Positions 39,486 to 55,000 of a DNA stretch of 64,000 bases are shown piece by piece. The notes under the pieces are model-generated. The model was not told the DNA's origin, ran no database searches, and was given only the letters and a program-made list of their open reading frames with translations. The DNA comes from Antedon mediterranea (lineage: Eukaryota; Animalia; Echinodermata), in the NCBI RefSeq assembly GCF_964355755.1, contig NC_092676.1:5185888-5249887 (forward strand), in the 5' to 3' direction. Position 1 is the first letter of the stretch. Each line of letters opens with the position of its first letter. Made by a program: the position numbers and the translations under genes.

Positions 39486-40145
39486 CGGGCCGCGATTTTT
39501 TTTCGTACATAAGTTGAGGACCCCTCATGAAACGTCACCAATTAAACATGAATAATTCATCAGTTGTTCTATGTGCACCCAAGCGTATAGCAACAAGTGA
39601 TTACAACTGCGATATGATTCTAGGCCTAAGATTAAATTTCTAGATCAATTCACGTGATTGCCTCCGCGCACTCTTCTTCATGTGTCGAGGCTAATCGACA
39701 GCTAGGCAAGACACATTCGGGGACACATTGGACATAGCCCAAATAAAGCTTAGACCCAAGAGAATAAAGAATGTGTATAATTTGTGTACTGTAATTTTGT
39801 AATTCTGCTATTTTATTATTATTATTTAATTAAACAATATGTATACTAAAAGGAACTTTAAAAATGCGCGCATATGAACACATGAGATGGAAAGATTAGA
39901 CCCACGAGAATAAAAAATGTACATACTACATTTTTGTGCAATGTAATTGTTTAATTTTGCTGACTTACTCGGACTGTGTCATACCTAACACACACACGTC
40001 ACACACACAGAGACTACTAGAATAGACATGGGCTAATAGTATTAATAGAAACTATAATTTTAACACGTAATTCTTTAGCAATAAATTCCATTAAAAACAC
40101 CATCAACTAAAGACTGATTATTTCGACAAAATCCACACAAAACGA
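39486..40145. mobile_element. Partial copy of the 12765-14160 element, opposite orientation
   Basis: Begins ggccgcgattttttttcgtacataagttgaggacccc and matches the reverse complement of ~13435-14155. Confidence 0.8.
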
Positions 40146-41743
40146 AAGAAAGGAAAGCTCGTAAGAACTTTAAAGAAAATATGTAGGGCCTAGGCCTAAT
40201 TGAAAAGAATAATCTATTTACGTAAGGGCAAAATTCGCCCTTACTTCTTGAATATTTACTCGATGGTATATAAAGTTGGTTCGTACTTTCGGTACTGATT
40301 TTAACCACCTTTTAACCACCCTGTTTACTAATCAAATTGAGTTAGATAATTAGTTATTGACAATTAAAACGAATTTAGGTTCAAAGATTTGCCCCAAATA
40401 GGGGTGTTTTCCGAATGTATAATATACACTGTCTAATAATAATAATAATAATAATAAGATGTCCATCTTGAAAAATACCCGCACACAATAATACGAGGAT
40501 GTTTCGCATTTTCCTATCTCCTCCTACGATAATTGTTTTCAATAGCTGAAAACCGGTTGAACAGCTTGAGTACAGAATCATAATGTTGAAATGTGTTACT
40601 GTATCAAGTGGTATATTATTTATAGGCCTATAAAACATAAACAAAATATTTCGTTAATGAGTAGATAAAGAATATATTTAAAAATTGTTCTTCTTTGTAC
40701 CCATCCTCTTTCCCATCCCTCAACCCTAATGTTACACACAAAACACACATTGAGTTTGTTGAAATGAGTCCAAATAAAAAATGTGAACTCATTTTGTGAC
40801 AAGTTTCTCTTTCGGAAGTAATTCCCAGGGTGCTAATTTTAGTTGACTACATAAACATCGTGTCTATTTATTGGTTTTTGTAAACGCCAATAACTATTAT
40901 AGTCCTGCGGTATACGTACATTTGAAAAAAAACCTCCTTTTTACGCTGAAATTACTGTGTATTCGAGAACCACCTGTGTGCACGATCATCTAATATTTAC
41001 AATTTAAAGTACACAAATCTAGGAATTTTTGCTAACAAAAGCTCAATTTTATCTTAAGCATGAAAACAATTCATTAAATATATCAAATCAATAATAATAT
41101 GTTGATTTAATACAGTTGTGACACAGGAGAAATAATAATAATGTAGGCCTATTATATTTATAGGATTTTGCATTTGTGAAGGGTAAATGATAAACCATTT
41201 CAGAGGGTATTTTCTTGTTATTTGTGATTTCCCATTAGCAACGCAACGACGTATTGACGCAAAGTATTGCGTATCACAAGTTGGAACCGATGACGCAACA
41301 TTTCACGCAGGCAGGAAAAACACAATAATATAGGAAGGGCATTTGCTTACGTTGCGTAGTTTGCGTTACGTTGTGTCGCTAGTGGGAACCAAGCTTAACG
41401 TGGTACAGTACGTTACTTTGGTGGTAGGAAGCATAGGATTCACGTTCCTAATGAGAGACGCAACCAGAGAAGGACGGAAGAGCAATGTAAGAAATTCAAC
41501 CAATCACAAACGATGAAATAACATTCGAACTGTCGCTTGCCATTGGTCAATTCGCTTGCGTTGCTAAGATCTTGCGTTGCGCTCACGTTCTTTTGTTGCG
41601 TCATAGATGGATCGTCACTATACTTCACACAGCTTTCAACGTTGGACGAGGGTGTCTTTATTCAATATAGAGTAAAAGTATGTTAAGGAAAAGACAAAAA
41701 AAAAAACCCCTGAAATGAATCAATTTATGCAAACCGTAGTGGC

Positions 41744-41885
41744 ACAGTAATATGCAATAACATGTATACAGTAGTAATATGCAATAACATGTGACAGTAA
41801 TATGCAATAACACGTATACAGTAATATGCAATAACACGTATACAGTAATATGCAATAACATGTATACAGTAATATGCAATACATT
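41744..41885. repeat. ~24-bp minisatellite, about 6 units
   Basis: cagtaatatgcaataaca(c/t)gtata repeats. Confidence 0.9.
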
Positions 41886-42315
41886 ACTTTAAAAGGGTAT
41901 GGGGTGTACACGTTAAATTTTGTTTTTAAATTTAAAAAATTTCTTCTTTGGTTAATAATGAAATTAATTAGTATGATCTTAGTTTTTAGTAATAGCACAA
42001 ATCATGGATGGATTTGGTTGTATGTATCACATGACGTCATGACGTCGTCAGTTGAACTGTAAAGTTCAGTTTAGTATTCCCTTTCAACAATCCTAGTTGA
42101 TAGTCTATGTGTTTGATAAATCTTGTGCTTATTACATGAATATCAATTATATTAAGTATTCTTACGAAGAATTCTTAATTGTATTAATGCATCATCTAAA
42201 TATTTAATATCTAAAAGCAATATCTACAGGTAAATGAAGATAGTAACAAAGTATATTGTTCATATGCTGAGCGGACTCGCAGAAGTAAAGTTTACGAGTG
42301 AATTAAGAAGTTAAG

Positions 42316-43063
42316 ATGTTCATCTTAAGAGGAATCATACTACTGTTTTCTATTGCTGCTATATTGATTGCATTGTTATTTTCTCGCTGTTTTAGTATCA
42401 GCTTCACTGACGTTAATGTTACCGATCATGTCACCGATTCCGTTATCGATCCTGTTAGCTTTCCGGTTACTGATACCAGTCCTGCTATCGATCATGTTGC
42501 CTTTCCAGTTAACCAGACGAATCCTGTCAGCGATCATGTCACCGATACTGTAACCCATCCTGTCACCTTTCCGGTTGCCGAGACGAACCCAGTTGCTGAT
42601 CATGATGTTACCGATTCTGTTGATCGTGTTATCAATCCTGTTACCGATCATGATGTTACCGATTCTCTTGATCGTGTTACCAATCATGTTACCGATCATG
42701 ACGTTACCGATGCTGTTGATCGTATAATCAATCCTGTTACCGATTCTGTTGATCGTGTTACCGATCATGATGTTACCGATTCTGTTGATCGTGTTACCAA
42801 TCATGTTACCGATCATGATGTTACCGATGCTGTTGATCGTATTATCAATCCTGTTACCGATCATGATGTTACCGATTCTGTTGATCGTGTTACCGATCAT
42901 GATGTTACCGATTCTGTTGATCGTGTTACCAATCCTGTCACCGATCATGATGTTACTGATTCTGTTGACCGTGTTACCAATCCTGTTACCGATCATGATG
43001 TTACCGATTCTGTTGATCGTGTTACCAATCCGGTTACCAAGACCAATCCTGTCACCCTTCCCG
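42316..43063 (+). CDS. LRR gene exon 1: signal peptide or signal anchor plus VTDHDVTDSVDRVTNP-type repeats
   Basis: MFILRGIILLFSIAAILIALLF followed by ~220 aa of T/D/V/P-rich repeats. Donor CCCG|gtatga. Confidence 0.78.
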
Positions 43064-46000
43064 GTATGATTTCTTTACCTAATTTGTTAGCCGATTAATT
43101 TTAATTGTTATAAATTGGGCTGGCACACAACTAGATATATTTATTTTACTTGGACTGTCACAGCTAAGTAGACACGTCTGACTAGAGGTACATATTGCAA
43201 TAGGCCTGTGTCACAACCAAAGATTGAATAGCGCTATAGTATCTTGGTCACAGAGGTAGTCTGAACTGACACGTCTAACTAGATTGCAATTGGGCTGTCA
43301 CAGTTTAGATAGACATGTCTGAGTGTAGATTGCATTTATTAGTGCTGTCACAGCTAGGTAGACGTGTCTGACTGTAGATTGCATTTATTAGTGCTGTCAC
43401 ATCTAGGTAGACATGTCTGACTGTAGATTGCTTTTATTAGTGCTGTCACAGCTAGGTAGACATATCTGACTGTAGATTGCATTTATTAGTGCTGTAAAAG
43501 CTAGGTAGACATGTCTGACTGTAGATTGCATTTATTATAGCTAGGTAGGGTCTACTTGGGCTGTCACTGACATGTCTGACTAGATATTGAATCATTTGTA
43601 GTTTGAAAACAAAGGTTTCCCCTCTGTCCCCGTTTTGCACAATGTCAGCCCTATGTGATTATTCTTTACAAGAGATATATATATTATATATGGTGATTAT
43701 ATCTCTGTCTTTACAGCTGAAGCAGAATGTCCAACCGGCTGCAAATGTGTTGCGCCTAGGTGGTCTACTGACGGTCACAGAGTGCGATGTCGTCCTCCAT
43801 GGAGTATTAATAACATCTCAACTATCAACGAGTATAATGATCATGTTCCAATAACAGAATTGTAAGTATGGGTTATTGTGAGGCGAACATTCATTGTTGT
43901 AGGGCTAAGTCTATTTATAAATTTTAAAACTATATTTAAAAATATATAAAAGATTATAAATATATAATTAGTGGCACCGATTAATAAAAATATCAAAAAT
44001 AATTTCATTTCCTGGTTTCTATACCCCAACACCAATCACTACATCACTGTACCTATAAGCGTAGAACATAACGAAATAAGTACATTGCCAACCCATGTGT
44101 TTGATAGTTTGACAGCACTGACAAAACTGTAGGCCTAAATATTAATTTCAATGTTTAACTTTCTTCTAAATAAATAATAAATTATTCATTCTTTAAGGAT
44201 TTTTAGGATGAATCGGTTAAAGATATTAATAGTTGAATTGGTCATTTAAGAGCCTTTAAAATTACTATATCATCATAAACATTAAGATGTTAGGGAATAT
44301 TCAGCATTCTCACATAAAAATTATTCAAAATGTATAGGCAAAAAAAAATAAAAATATAGAAATATTTTAAAATTTGCTATAGAAAATGTTTTCATGAACA
44401 ATAATAGTTTATTTTACTGTAGTCTAATTAAAGTATACTCATCAGCATTTACATATCAAACATCTTGAATATTGTAATTACACTGTACATTGTTTTTACT
44501 TTGAAGGGATTTGTACGGAAACCAAATAAGTACATTGCCAGCCAATGTATTTGATAGATTGACAGTATTGACATGGCTGTAAGTATTTTGCTAATAATAC
44601 TTTTTTAAATTTTTTTAAACAAGAAATAGTACATTAATTTATAATAATGTATGATATGCATTTAATCATCTCTTAATGAATAATAATATAATTCATAACA
44701 ATGAATATTATGCATTGTATCATTTTGTAATGTGATCAATACATACAGTATTAATATTAAAACGACTTAGTGTTAATATTTAATTTAAATATTATCAATT
44801 CATTTTTTTAAAAGATTTTACATCTCATGGTATTTATTTTTTTTGTTTAAAGATGTATTGTCCCTTGAAACACAAAAAAATGAATGAAAAAAAAATATTT
44901 TAAATTTAAATTGGCCATATCAAAGTAATATTAAAGTTATTCACTTTAAGTCGAAAATTCCAGCCAAAAACAACAATTTTACGTAATTAACAGGTAAATT
45001 AATTAGATTACATTTCATCTGGGAAATCGTCGCAAGCGAAAGTAAACAAAGATTTCAAACCATGAGTATGCATTATGCATGATGCTAATTAGGATTGTTT
45101 ACAACTTGTCACGGTTGAGAAGGTGTTTTCACACAGATCGCGAGGAAGTTTTATGATTATGCATACAGAGTAGCCAAATAAGTGCGTTGCATTATGAGAT
45201 ATGTTTTGATTGAAAACTTTGACTGGAAGTCAAAGTTATTTTTTGAACAAAAAAACATCTGTATTTCGGTTAAATTCTTTTTTTTTTTCGACTAATTTTT
45301 GGTGAAAGTTAATAACTATTATGATATTTCCAAATGACCAACTTTTTTTCAAAATGAAAAAAAAAATTTTTTTGGAATTAGTCAAAGGGACAATACATCT
45401 TTAATTTGTTTTAACAATAAATAATGAATATTTAAATGCATTGTATCATTTCATAATATAATCAATATATAACAGTATGTATTTCAAAAACCACTTTTAA
45501 AAAGCTTAAAATTAATTTAAAAAGAAAAACAATATTAATAGGAACAATATGTATGTTAATAATTAAATGTGTAAAGAGAGAAAGAGAGTACAAAATAACA
45601 ATGTGAAGAGAAATGTATGGAAATAAAAGTGGGACAAAACTTAGGTAAAAGACACAAAAAAAACACTTAGCATTAGTGAAATACTTAACCATACTCAATC
45701 AATTATTTGTTTAAAATTTTAAAATATTATTAATTGTTAATTGGTCATTAAATAAAGAGATTTATTGTTATTATTATGTTATTAAATGCATTAAGATGAT
45801 AAATAATAATTAGAAATCAATCCTCATTTAAAAAAAAAAATAATGAAATGAAATTCATAACAATGAATATTATGCATTGTAATCAATACATTCAGTTTTT
45901 TCAATCATTTAAAAGACATTCATTGTAATATTGTTTTTATTTAAAGAGATTAATTATCATATTACTAAAACATTTAGGAAAGGAAATTTACATGAAAGTA

Positions 46001-49000
46001 TTAGTATTATGCTATTATCACTTGATAGTGTGATACTATAACATACACACTGTATGATATGCACTAGAGAAAACAAATATTGCTTTAGAGTAATAATAAA
46101 ATAAATATTGGTTATCTTATAACAGGGATTTACAGAAAATGTTTATGTTTGCCTAAATAAAGTATACTCATCAGCATTTACTATGTAGATAATGTCCCTA
46201 TCATTGACTGAAAGACTATATATTTCAAAATGTATTGAAAAATTAAAAGTCTAGATATCAAACAGCTTGTAATTGTTACTGTACATTGTTTTTACTTTAA
46301 AGGAGTTTGAGCGGAAACCAAATAAGTACATTGCCAGCCAATGTATTTGATAAATTGACAGCATTGACATACCTGTAAGTATTTTGCTAATGATACTTTC
46401 TTCTTTTAATTTGTTTTAAAAAGAAATAATACATTAATTTATAATAATGTATGATATGCATTTAATCATCTCTTAATTAATAATAATATAATTCATAACA
46501 ATGAATATTATGCATTGTATCATTTTGTAATGTGATCAATACATACAGTATAGATTTATAACCACTTAGTGTTAATATTTAATTTAAATATTATCAATTC
46601 ATTTTTTTTTAAAGATATTAACAACTCATGGTATATTACATTTTGTTTGTTTATTTTGTTTTAACAATAAATAATGAATATTTAAATGCATTGCATCACT
46701 TCATAATATAATCAATATATACAGTATGTATTTAAAAAAACACTTAAAGCTTAAAATGAATTGAAAAAGAAAAACAATATTAATAAGAACAATATGTATG
46801 TTAATAATTAAATGTGTAAAGAGAGAAAGAGAGTACAAAATAACAATGTGAAGAGAAAAGTATATGGAAAAAAAAGTGGGACAAAACCCAGGTAAGACAA
46901 AAAAAAAACACTTAGCATAGTGAAATATTTAACCATACTCAAAACATTATTTGTTTTTAATTTTAAAATATTATTAATTGTTAATTGGTCATTAAATAAA
47001 GAGATTTAATCATTATGTTATTAAATGCATTAAGATGATAAATAATAATTAGAAATCAATAATACCTGTAAGTATTTTCCTCATTTCTAAAAGAAATAAT
47101 GAAATGAAATTCATAACAATGAATATTATGCATTGTAATCAATACATTCAGTTTTTTTAATCATTTAAAAGACATTCATTGTAATATTGTTTTTATTTAA
47201 AGAGATTAATTATCATATTACTAAAACATTTAGGAAAGGAAATTGACATGAAAGTATTAGTATTATGCTATTATCACTTGATAGTGTGATACTATAACAT
47301 ACACACTGTATGATATGCACTAGAGAAAACAAATATTGCTTTAGTAATAATAAAATAAATATTGGTTATCTTATAATAGGGATTTACAGAAAATGTTTAT
47401 GTTTGCCTAATTAAAGAATACTCATCAGCATTTACTATGTAGATAATGTCCCTATCATGGACTGAAAGACTATAACAAATAATTCAAAATGTATAAGAAA
47501 AATAAAAATTGAAATACCAAACAGCTTGAATATTGTAATTGTTACTGTACATTGTTTTTACTTTGAAGGGGTTTGAGCGGTAACCAAATAAGTACATTGC
47601 CAGCCAATGTATTTGATAGATTGACAGCATTGACACACCTGTAAGTATTTTGACTCATATTAATTCCTTCGTTTAATTTGTTTTTAAATAAATAATAAAA
47701 TAATTTATAATACTAAATATTATGCAGTAACATTATTTAACCATTATTAATAAATTATTCATTTTTTAAAGATTATCAATAATTGTTCATTGATCATTTT
47801 TTAAAGAGATTTAATTAAATACATAAAAATGGGAAATACATAAAGATGATAATAAATATTTAGAATTTACTATAGAATTTGTGATAATAAATAACACATT
47901 ATTATTTTAACAGTTACTTTTTGCCTAATTAAAGAATACTCATCAGCATTTAGTATGTAGATAATGTCCCTATCATGGACTGAAAGACTATACAAAATAA
48001 TTCAAAATGTATAAGAAAAATAAAAGTTGACACATCAAACAGCTTGAATATTGTAATTGTTACTGTACATTGTTTTTACTTTGAAGGGATTTGGGCTGGA
48101 ACAAAATAAGAACATTGCCAGCCAATCTATTTGATAGATTGACAGCATTGACAACACTGTAAGTATTTTGCTAATGATACTTTCTTTGTTTAATTTGATT
48201 TAAAAAGAAATAATACATTAATTTATAATAATGTATGATATGTATTTAATCATCTCTTAATTAATAATAATATAATTCATAACAATGAATATTATGCATT
48301 GTATCATTTTGTAATGTTGATCAATACATACAGTATATATTTATAACCACTTAGTGTTAATATTTAATTTAAATATTATCAATAAATTTTTTTTAAGATA
48401 TTACATCTCATGGTATTTAATTGTTTTGTTTAATTTGCTGTAACAATAAATAATGAATATTTAAATGCATTGCATCACTTCATAATATAATCAATATATA
48501 CAGTATGTATTTAAAAAAACACTTAAAGCTTAAAATTAATTTAAAAAGAAAAACAATATTAATAAGAACAATATGTATGTTAATAATTAAATGTGTAAAG
48601 AGAGAAAGAGAGTACAAAATAACAATGTGAAGAGAAAAGTATATGAAAATAAAAGTGGGACAAAACTCAAGACAAAAAAACACTTAGCATAGTGAAATAT
48701 TTACCAATCTCAATAAATTATTTGTTTTAAATTTTAAAATATTATTAATTAGTCATTAAATAAAGAGATTTAATCATTATGTTATTAAATGCATTAAGAT
48801 GATAAATAATAATTAGTAATCAATAATACCTGTAAGTATTTTCCTCATTTCTAAAAGAAATTAAATGAAATGAAATTCATAACAATGATAATTATGCATT
48901 GTAATCAATACATTCAGTTTTTTCAATCATTTAAAAGACATTCATTGTAATATTGTTTTTATTTAAAGAGATTAATTATCATATTACTAAAACATTTAGG

Positions 49001-52000
49001 AAAGGAAATTGACATGAAAGTATTAGTATTATGCTATTATCACTTGATAGTGTGATACTATAACATACACACTGTATGATATGCACTAGAGAAAATAAAT
49101 ATTGCTTTAGTAATAATAAAATAAATATTGGTTATCTTATAACAGGGATTTACAGAAAATGTTTATGTTTGCCTAATTAAAGAATACTCATCAGCATTTA
49201 CTATGTAGATAATGTTCCTATCATTGACTGAAAGACTATAACAAATAATTAAAAATGTATATGAAAAATAAAAGTTGACATATCAAACACTTTGAATATT
49301 GTAATTGTTACTGTACATTGTTTTCACTTTTAAGGTATTTGAGCTGGAACCAAATAAGTACATTGCCAGCCAATGTATTTGATAAATTGACAGCATTGAC
49401 ACACCTGTAAGTATTTTGCTAATAATACTTTCTTTGTTTAATTTGATTTAAAAAGAAATAATACATTAATTTATAATAATGTATGATATGTATTTAATCA
49501 TCTCTTAATTAATAATAATATAATTCATAACAATGAATATTATGCATTGTATCATTGTGTAATGTGATCAATACATACAGTACATATTTATAACCACTTA
49601 GTGTCAATATTTAATTTAAATATTATCAATTCAATTTTTTTAAGATATTACATTTTATGGTATTTAATTTTTTTTTAAATTTGCTTTAACAATAAATAAT
49701 GAATATTTAAATGCATTGTATCACTTCATAATATAATCAATATATACAGTATGTATTTATAAAAACACTTAAAACTTAAATTAATTTAAAAAGAAAAACA
49801 ATATTAATAAGAACAATATGTATTTTAACAATTAAATGTGTAAAGAGAGAAAGAGAGTACAAAATAACAATGTGAAGAGAAAAGTATATGGCAACAAAAG
49901 TGGGACAAAACCCAGGTAAGACAAAAAATAAACACTTAGCATTAGTGAAATATTTAACCACACTCAATAAATTATTTGTTTTAAATTTTAACATTTTATT
50001 AATTGTTAATTGGTCATTAAATAAAGAGATTTAATCATTATGTTATAAAATGCATTAAGATGATAAATAATAATTAGATATCAATAATACCTGTAAGTAT
50101 TTTCCTCATTTCTAAAAGAAATAATGAAATGAAAATCATAACAATGAATATTATGCATTGTAATCAATACATTCAGTTTTTTAAACCATTTAAAAGACAT
50201 TCATTGTAATATTGTCTTTATTTAAGAGATTAATTATCATATTATTAAAAACATTTAGGAAAGGAAATTTACATGAAAGTATTAGTATTATGCTATTATC
50301 ACTAGATAGTGTGATACTATAACATACACACTGTATGATATGCACTAGAGAAACCAAATATTGCTTTATTAATAATAAAATAAATATTGGTTATCTTATA
50401 ACAGGGATTTACAGAAAATGTTTATGTTTGCCTAATTAAAGAATACTCATCAGCATTTACTATGTAGATAATGTTCCTATCATTGACTGAAAGACTATAA
50501 CAAATAATTAAAAATGTATAAGAAAAATAAAAGTTGACACATCAAACAGCTTGAATATTGTAATTGTTACTGTACATTGTTTTTACTTTGAAGGGATTTG
50601 CAAATTAACCAAATAAGTACATTGCCAGCCAATGTATTTGATAAATTGACAGCATTGACAAAACTGTAAGTATTTTGCTAATAATACTTTCTTTGTTTAA
50701 TTTGATTTAAAAAGAAATAATACATAATGTATGATATGTATTTAATCATCTCTTAATTAATAATAATATAATTTATAACAATGAATATTATGCATTGTAT
50801 CATTTTGTAATGTGATCAATACATACAGTATATATTTATAACCACTTACTGTTAATATTTAATTTAAATATTATCAATTCATTTTTTTTAAAGATATTAC
50901 AACTCATGGTATTTATTTTTTTTGTTTAATTTGTTTCAACAATAAATAATACTTAAATGCATTATATCACTTCATAATATAATCAATATAGGCATATACA
51001 GTATGTATTTATAAAACCACTTAAAACTTAAAATTCATTCAAAAAGAAAAACAATATTAATAGGAACAATATGTATGTTAATAATTAAATGTGTAAAGAG
51101 AGAAAGAGAGTACAAAATAACAATGTGAAGAGAAAAGTATATGGCAATAAAAGTGGGACAAAACCCAGGTAAGACAAAAAATAAACACTTAGCATTAGTG
51201 AAATATTTAACCATACTCAAAACATTATTTGTTTTAAATTTTAAAATATTATTAATTGTTAATTGGTCATTAAATAAAGAGATTTAATCATTATGTTATT
51301 AAATGCATTAAGATGATAAATAATAATTAGTAATCAATAATACCTGTAAGTATTTTCCTCATTTCTAAAAGAAATTAAATGAAATGAAATTCATAACAAT
51401 GAATATTATGCATTGTAATCAATACATTCAGTTTTTTTACTCATTTAAAAGACATTCATTGTAATATTGTTTTTATTTAAAGAGATTAATTATCATATTA
51501 CTAAAACATTTAGGAAAGGAAATTGACATGAAAGTATTAGTATTATGCTATTATCACTTGATAGTGTGATACTATAACATACACACTGTATGATATGCAC
51601 TAGAGAAAACAAATATTGCTTTAGTAATAATAAAATAAATATTGGTTATCTTATAATAGGGATTTACAGAAAATGTTTATGTTTGCCTAATTAAAGAATA
51701 CTCATCAGCATTTACTATGTAGATAATGTCCCTATCATTGACTGAAAGACTATAACAAATAATTCAAAATGTATATGAAAAATAAAAGTTGACATATCAA
51801 ACACTTTGAATATTGTAATTGTTACTGTACATTGTCTTCACTTTTAAGGTATTTGTACAGGAACCAAATAAGTACATTGCCAGCCAATGTATTTGATAAA
51901 TTGACAGCATTGACATACCTGTAAGTATTTTGCTAATGATACTTTCTTTGTTTAATTTGATTTAAAAAGAAATAATACATTAATTTATAATAATGTATGA

Positions 52001-55000
52001 TATGTATTTAATCATCTCTTAATGAATAATAATATAATTCATAACAATGAATATTATGCATTGTATCATTTTGTAATGTGATCAATACATACAGTACATA
52101 TTTATAACCACTTAGTGTCAATATTTAATTTAAATATTATCAATTCAATTTTTTAAAGATATTACATTTCATGGTATTTATTTGTTTTTTTAATTTCCTT
52201 TAAAAATAAATAATGAATATTTAAATGCATTGCATCACTTCATAATATAATCAATATATACAGTATGTATTTAAAAAAACACTTAAAGCTTAACATTTAA
52301 AAAGAAAAACAATATTAATAAGAACAATATGTATGTTAACAATTAAATATGTAAAGAGAGAAAGAGAGTACAAAATAACAATGTGAAGAGAAATGTATAT
52401 GGAAATAAAAGTGGGACAAAACTTGGGTGAGACAAAAAAAAACACTTAGCATAGTGAAATATTTAACCATACTCAAAACATTATTTGCTTTAAATTTTAA
52501 AATATTATTAATTGTTAATTGGTCATTAAATAAAGAGATTTAATCATTATGTTATTAAATGCATTAAGATGATAAATAATAATTAGAAATCAATAATACC
52601 TGTAAGTATTTTCCTCATTTCTAAAAGAAATTAAATGAAATGAAATTCATAACAATGAATATTATGCATTGTAATCAATACATTCAGTTTTTTCAATCAT
52701 TTAAAAGACATTCATTGTAATATTGTTTTTATTTAAAGAGATTAATTATCATATTACTAAAACATTTAGGAAAGAAAATTTACATGAAAGTATTAGTATT
52801 ATGCTATTATCAGTTGATAGTGTGATACTATAACATACACACTGTATGATATGCACTAGAGAAAACAAATATTGCTTTAGTAATAATAAAATAAATATTG
52901 GTTATCTTATAACAGGGATTTACAGAAAATGTTTATTTTTGCCTAATTAAAGAATACTCATCAGCATTTACTATGTAGATAATGTCCCTATCATTGACTG
53001 AAAGACTATACAAAATAATTCAAAATGTATAAGAAAAATAAAAATTGAAATACCAAACAGCTTGAATATTGTAATTGTTACTGTACATTGTTTTTACTTT
53101 GAAGGGATTTCAGCTGGAACCAAATAAGTACATTGCCAGCCAATGTATTTGATAGATTGACAGCATTGACAAAACTGTAAGTATTTTGCTAATGATACTT
53201 TCTTTGTTTAATTTGTTTTAAAAAGAAATAATTCATTAATTTATAATAATGTATGATATGCATTTAATCATCTCTTAATGAATAATAATATAATTCATAA
53301 CAATGAATATTATGCATTGTATCATTTTGTAATGTGATCAATAAATACAGTATTAATATTAAAACCACTTAGTGTTAATATTTAATTTAAATATTATCAA
53401 TAAAATTTTTTAAAGATTTTACATCTCATGGTATTTAATTGTTTTGTTTAATTTGTTTTAACAATAAATAATGATAATTTAAATGAATTGTACCACTTCA
53501 TAATTATTCAATATAAACAGTATGTATTTAAAAAACCACTTAAAGCTTCAAAATAATTTAAAAAGAAAAACAATATTAATAGGAACAATATGTATGTTAA
53601 CAATTAAATGTGTAAAGAGAGAAAGAGAGTACAAAATAACAATGTGAAGAAAAATGTATATGAAAATAAAAGTGAGACAAAACTCAAGACAAAAAAACAC
53701 TTAGCATAGTGAAATAATTAACCATACTCAATAAATTATTTGTTTTAAATTTTAAAATATTATTAATTGGTCATTAAATAAAGAGATTCAATCATTATGT
53801 TTTTAAATGCATTAAGATGATAAATAATAATTAGAAATTGTTAATACCTGTAAGTATTTTCCTCATTTCTAAAAAGAAATAATGAAATGAAATTCATAAC
53901 AATGAATATTATGCATTGTAATCAATACATTCAGTTTTTTAAACCATTTAAAAGACATTCATTGTAATATTGTTTTTATTTAAGAGATTAATTATCTTAT
54001 TATTAAAAACATTTAGGAAAGGAAATTTACATGAAAGTATTAGTATTATACGGAAGCCCGTTCGGGCCACAAGATAACTATATTTAAAAAGCTGTTATCT
54101 GGCGGCCGCCACTTAATTATCTGGCAGCCGCCACTTAATTATCTGGCGGCCGCCACTTAATTATCTGGCGGCCGCCACTTAATTATCTGGCGGCCGCCAC
54201 TTAATAATTAGTACATGTCCCGTCACGTGACATGTACGTGCATTGGATCAGAGGCGATGTTGCATATGGAACGCCATCGCTGCCTCCGGCAGCAAACTTT
54301 AATTCTATTCGGCTCTTTTACAACCATTACGTTCGGCTCTTTTAGCATTCGGCGCATTTCTATTCGGCCCATTTACCATATTTACGATTAAAGATGTGTT
54401 GAATACCCTAAATTAATTCATCTTTTTCCAAATTTTGAGAGAGAAAGGGTAAATTATTATTGCTAAAAGTTAGGCTGACACTAGACTAGGTCTAGCTAGC
54501 CTAGGCCATAAATCAAACCTTTTCTCTTTCAAAATAGTCAATAAGGTGGGACAAGTTCTCTATAACACATTAATCATGTCAATAAAATGATTAGTCATAT
54601 TGAAATAGCCTTCAAATTTATTTAATTCAACCAACCAAACACTCTACATGCTGCATCTATATGTTTTGTAAACTTTTCATAGACTTATTTCCAGCCGTTA
54701 ATTTTCTTCCATTTGACCCCATGTTAAAGGTTAGAATTTAATTGCGCCGTATAAAAAAATCAAAGAGAGCCGAACGTAATGGTAAATGGGCCGAATAGAA
54801 ATGCGCCGAATGGTAAAAGAGCCGAATAGAATTAAAGTTTGCTGCCGGAAGCAGCGATGGCGTTCCATATGCAACATCGCCTCTGATCCAATGCACGTAC
54901 ATGTCACGTGACGGGATATGTACTAATTATTAAGTGGCGGCCGCCAGATAATTAAGTGGCGGCCGCCAGATAATTAAGTGGCGGCCGCCAGATAATTAAG

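Noticed and set aside
42376-43069. 206-aa minus-strand ORF and alternative-frame ORFs over the repeat exon
   Set aside because: These are by-products of a stop-poor coding minisatellite. Only the 42316 frame has a hydrophobic N-terminus and a phase-compatible donor.
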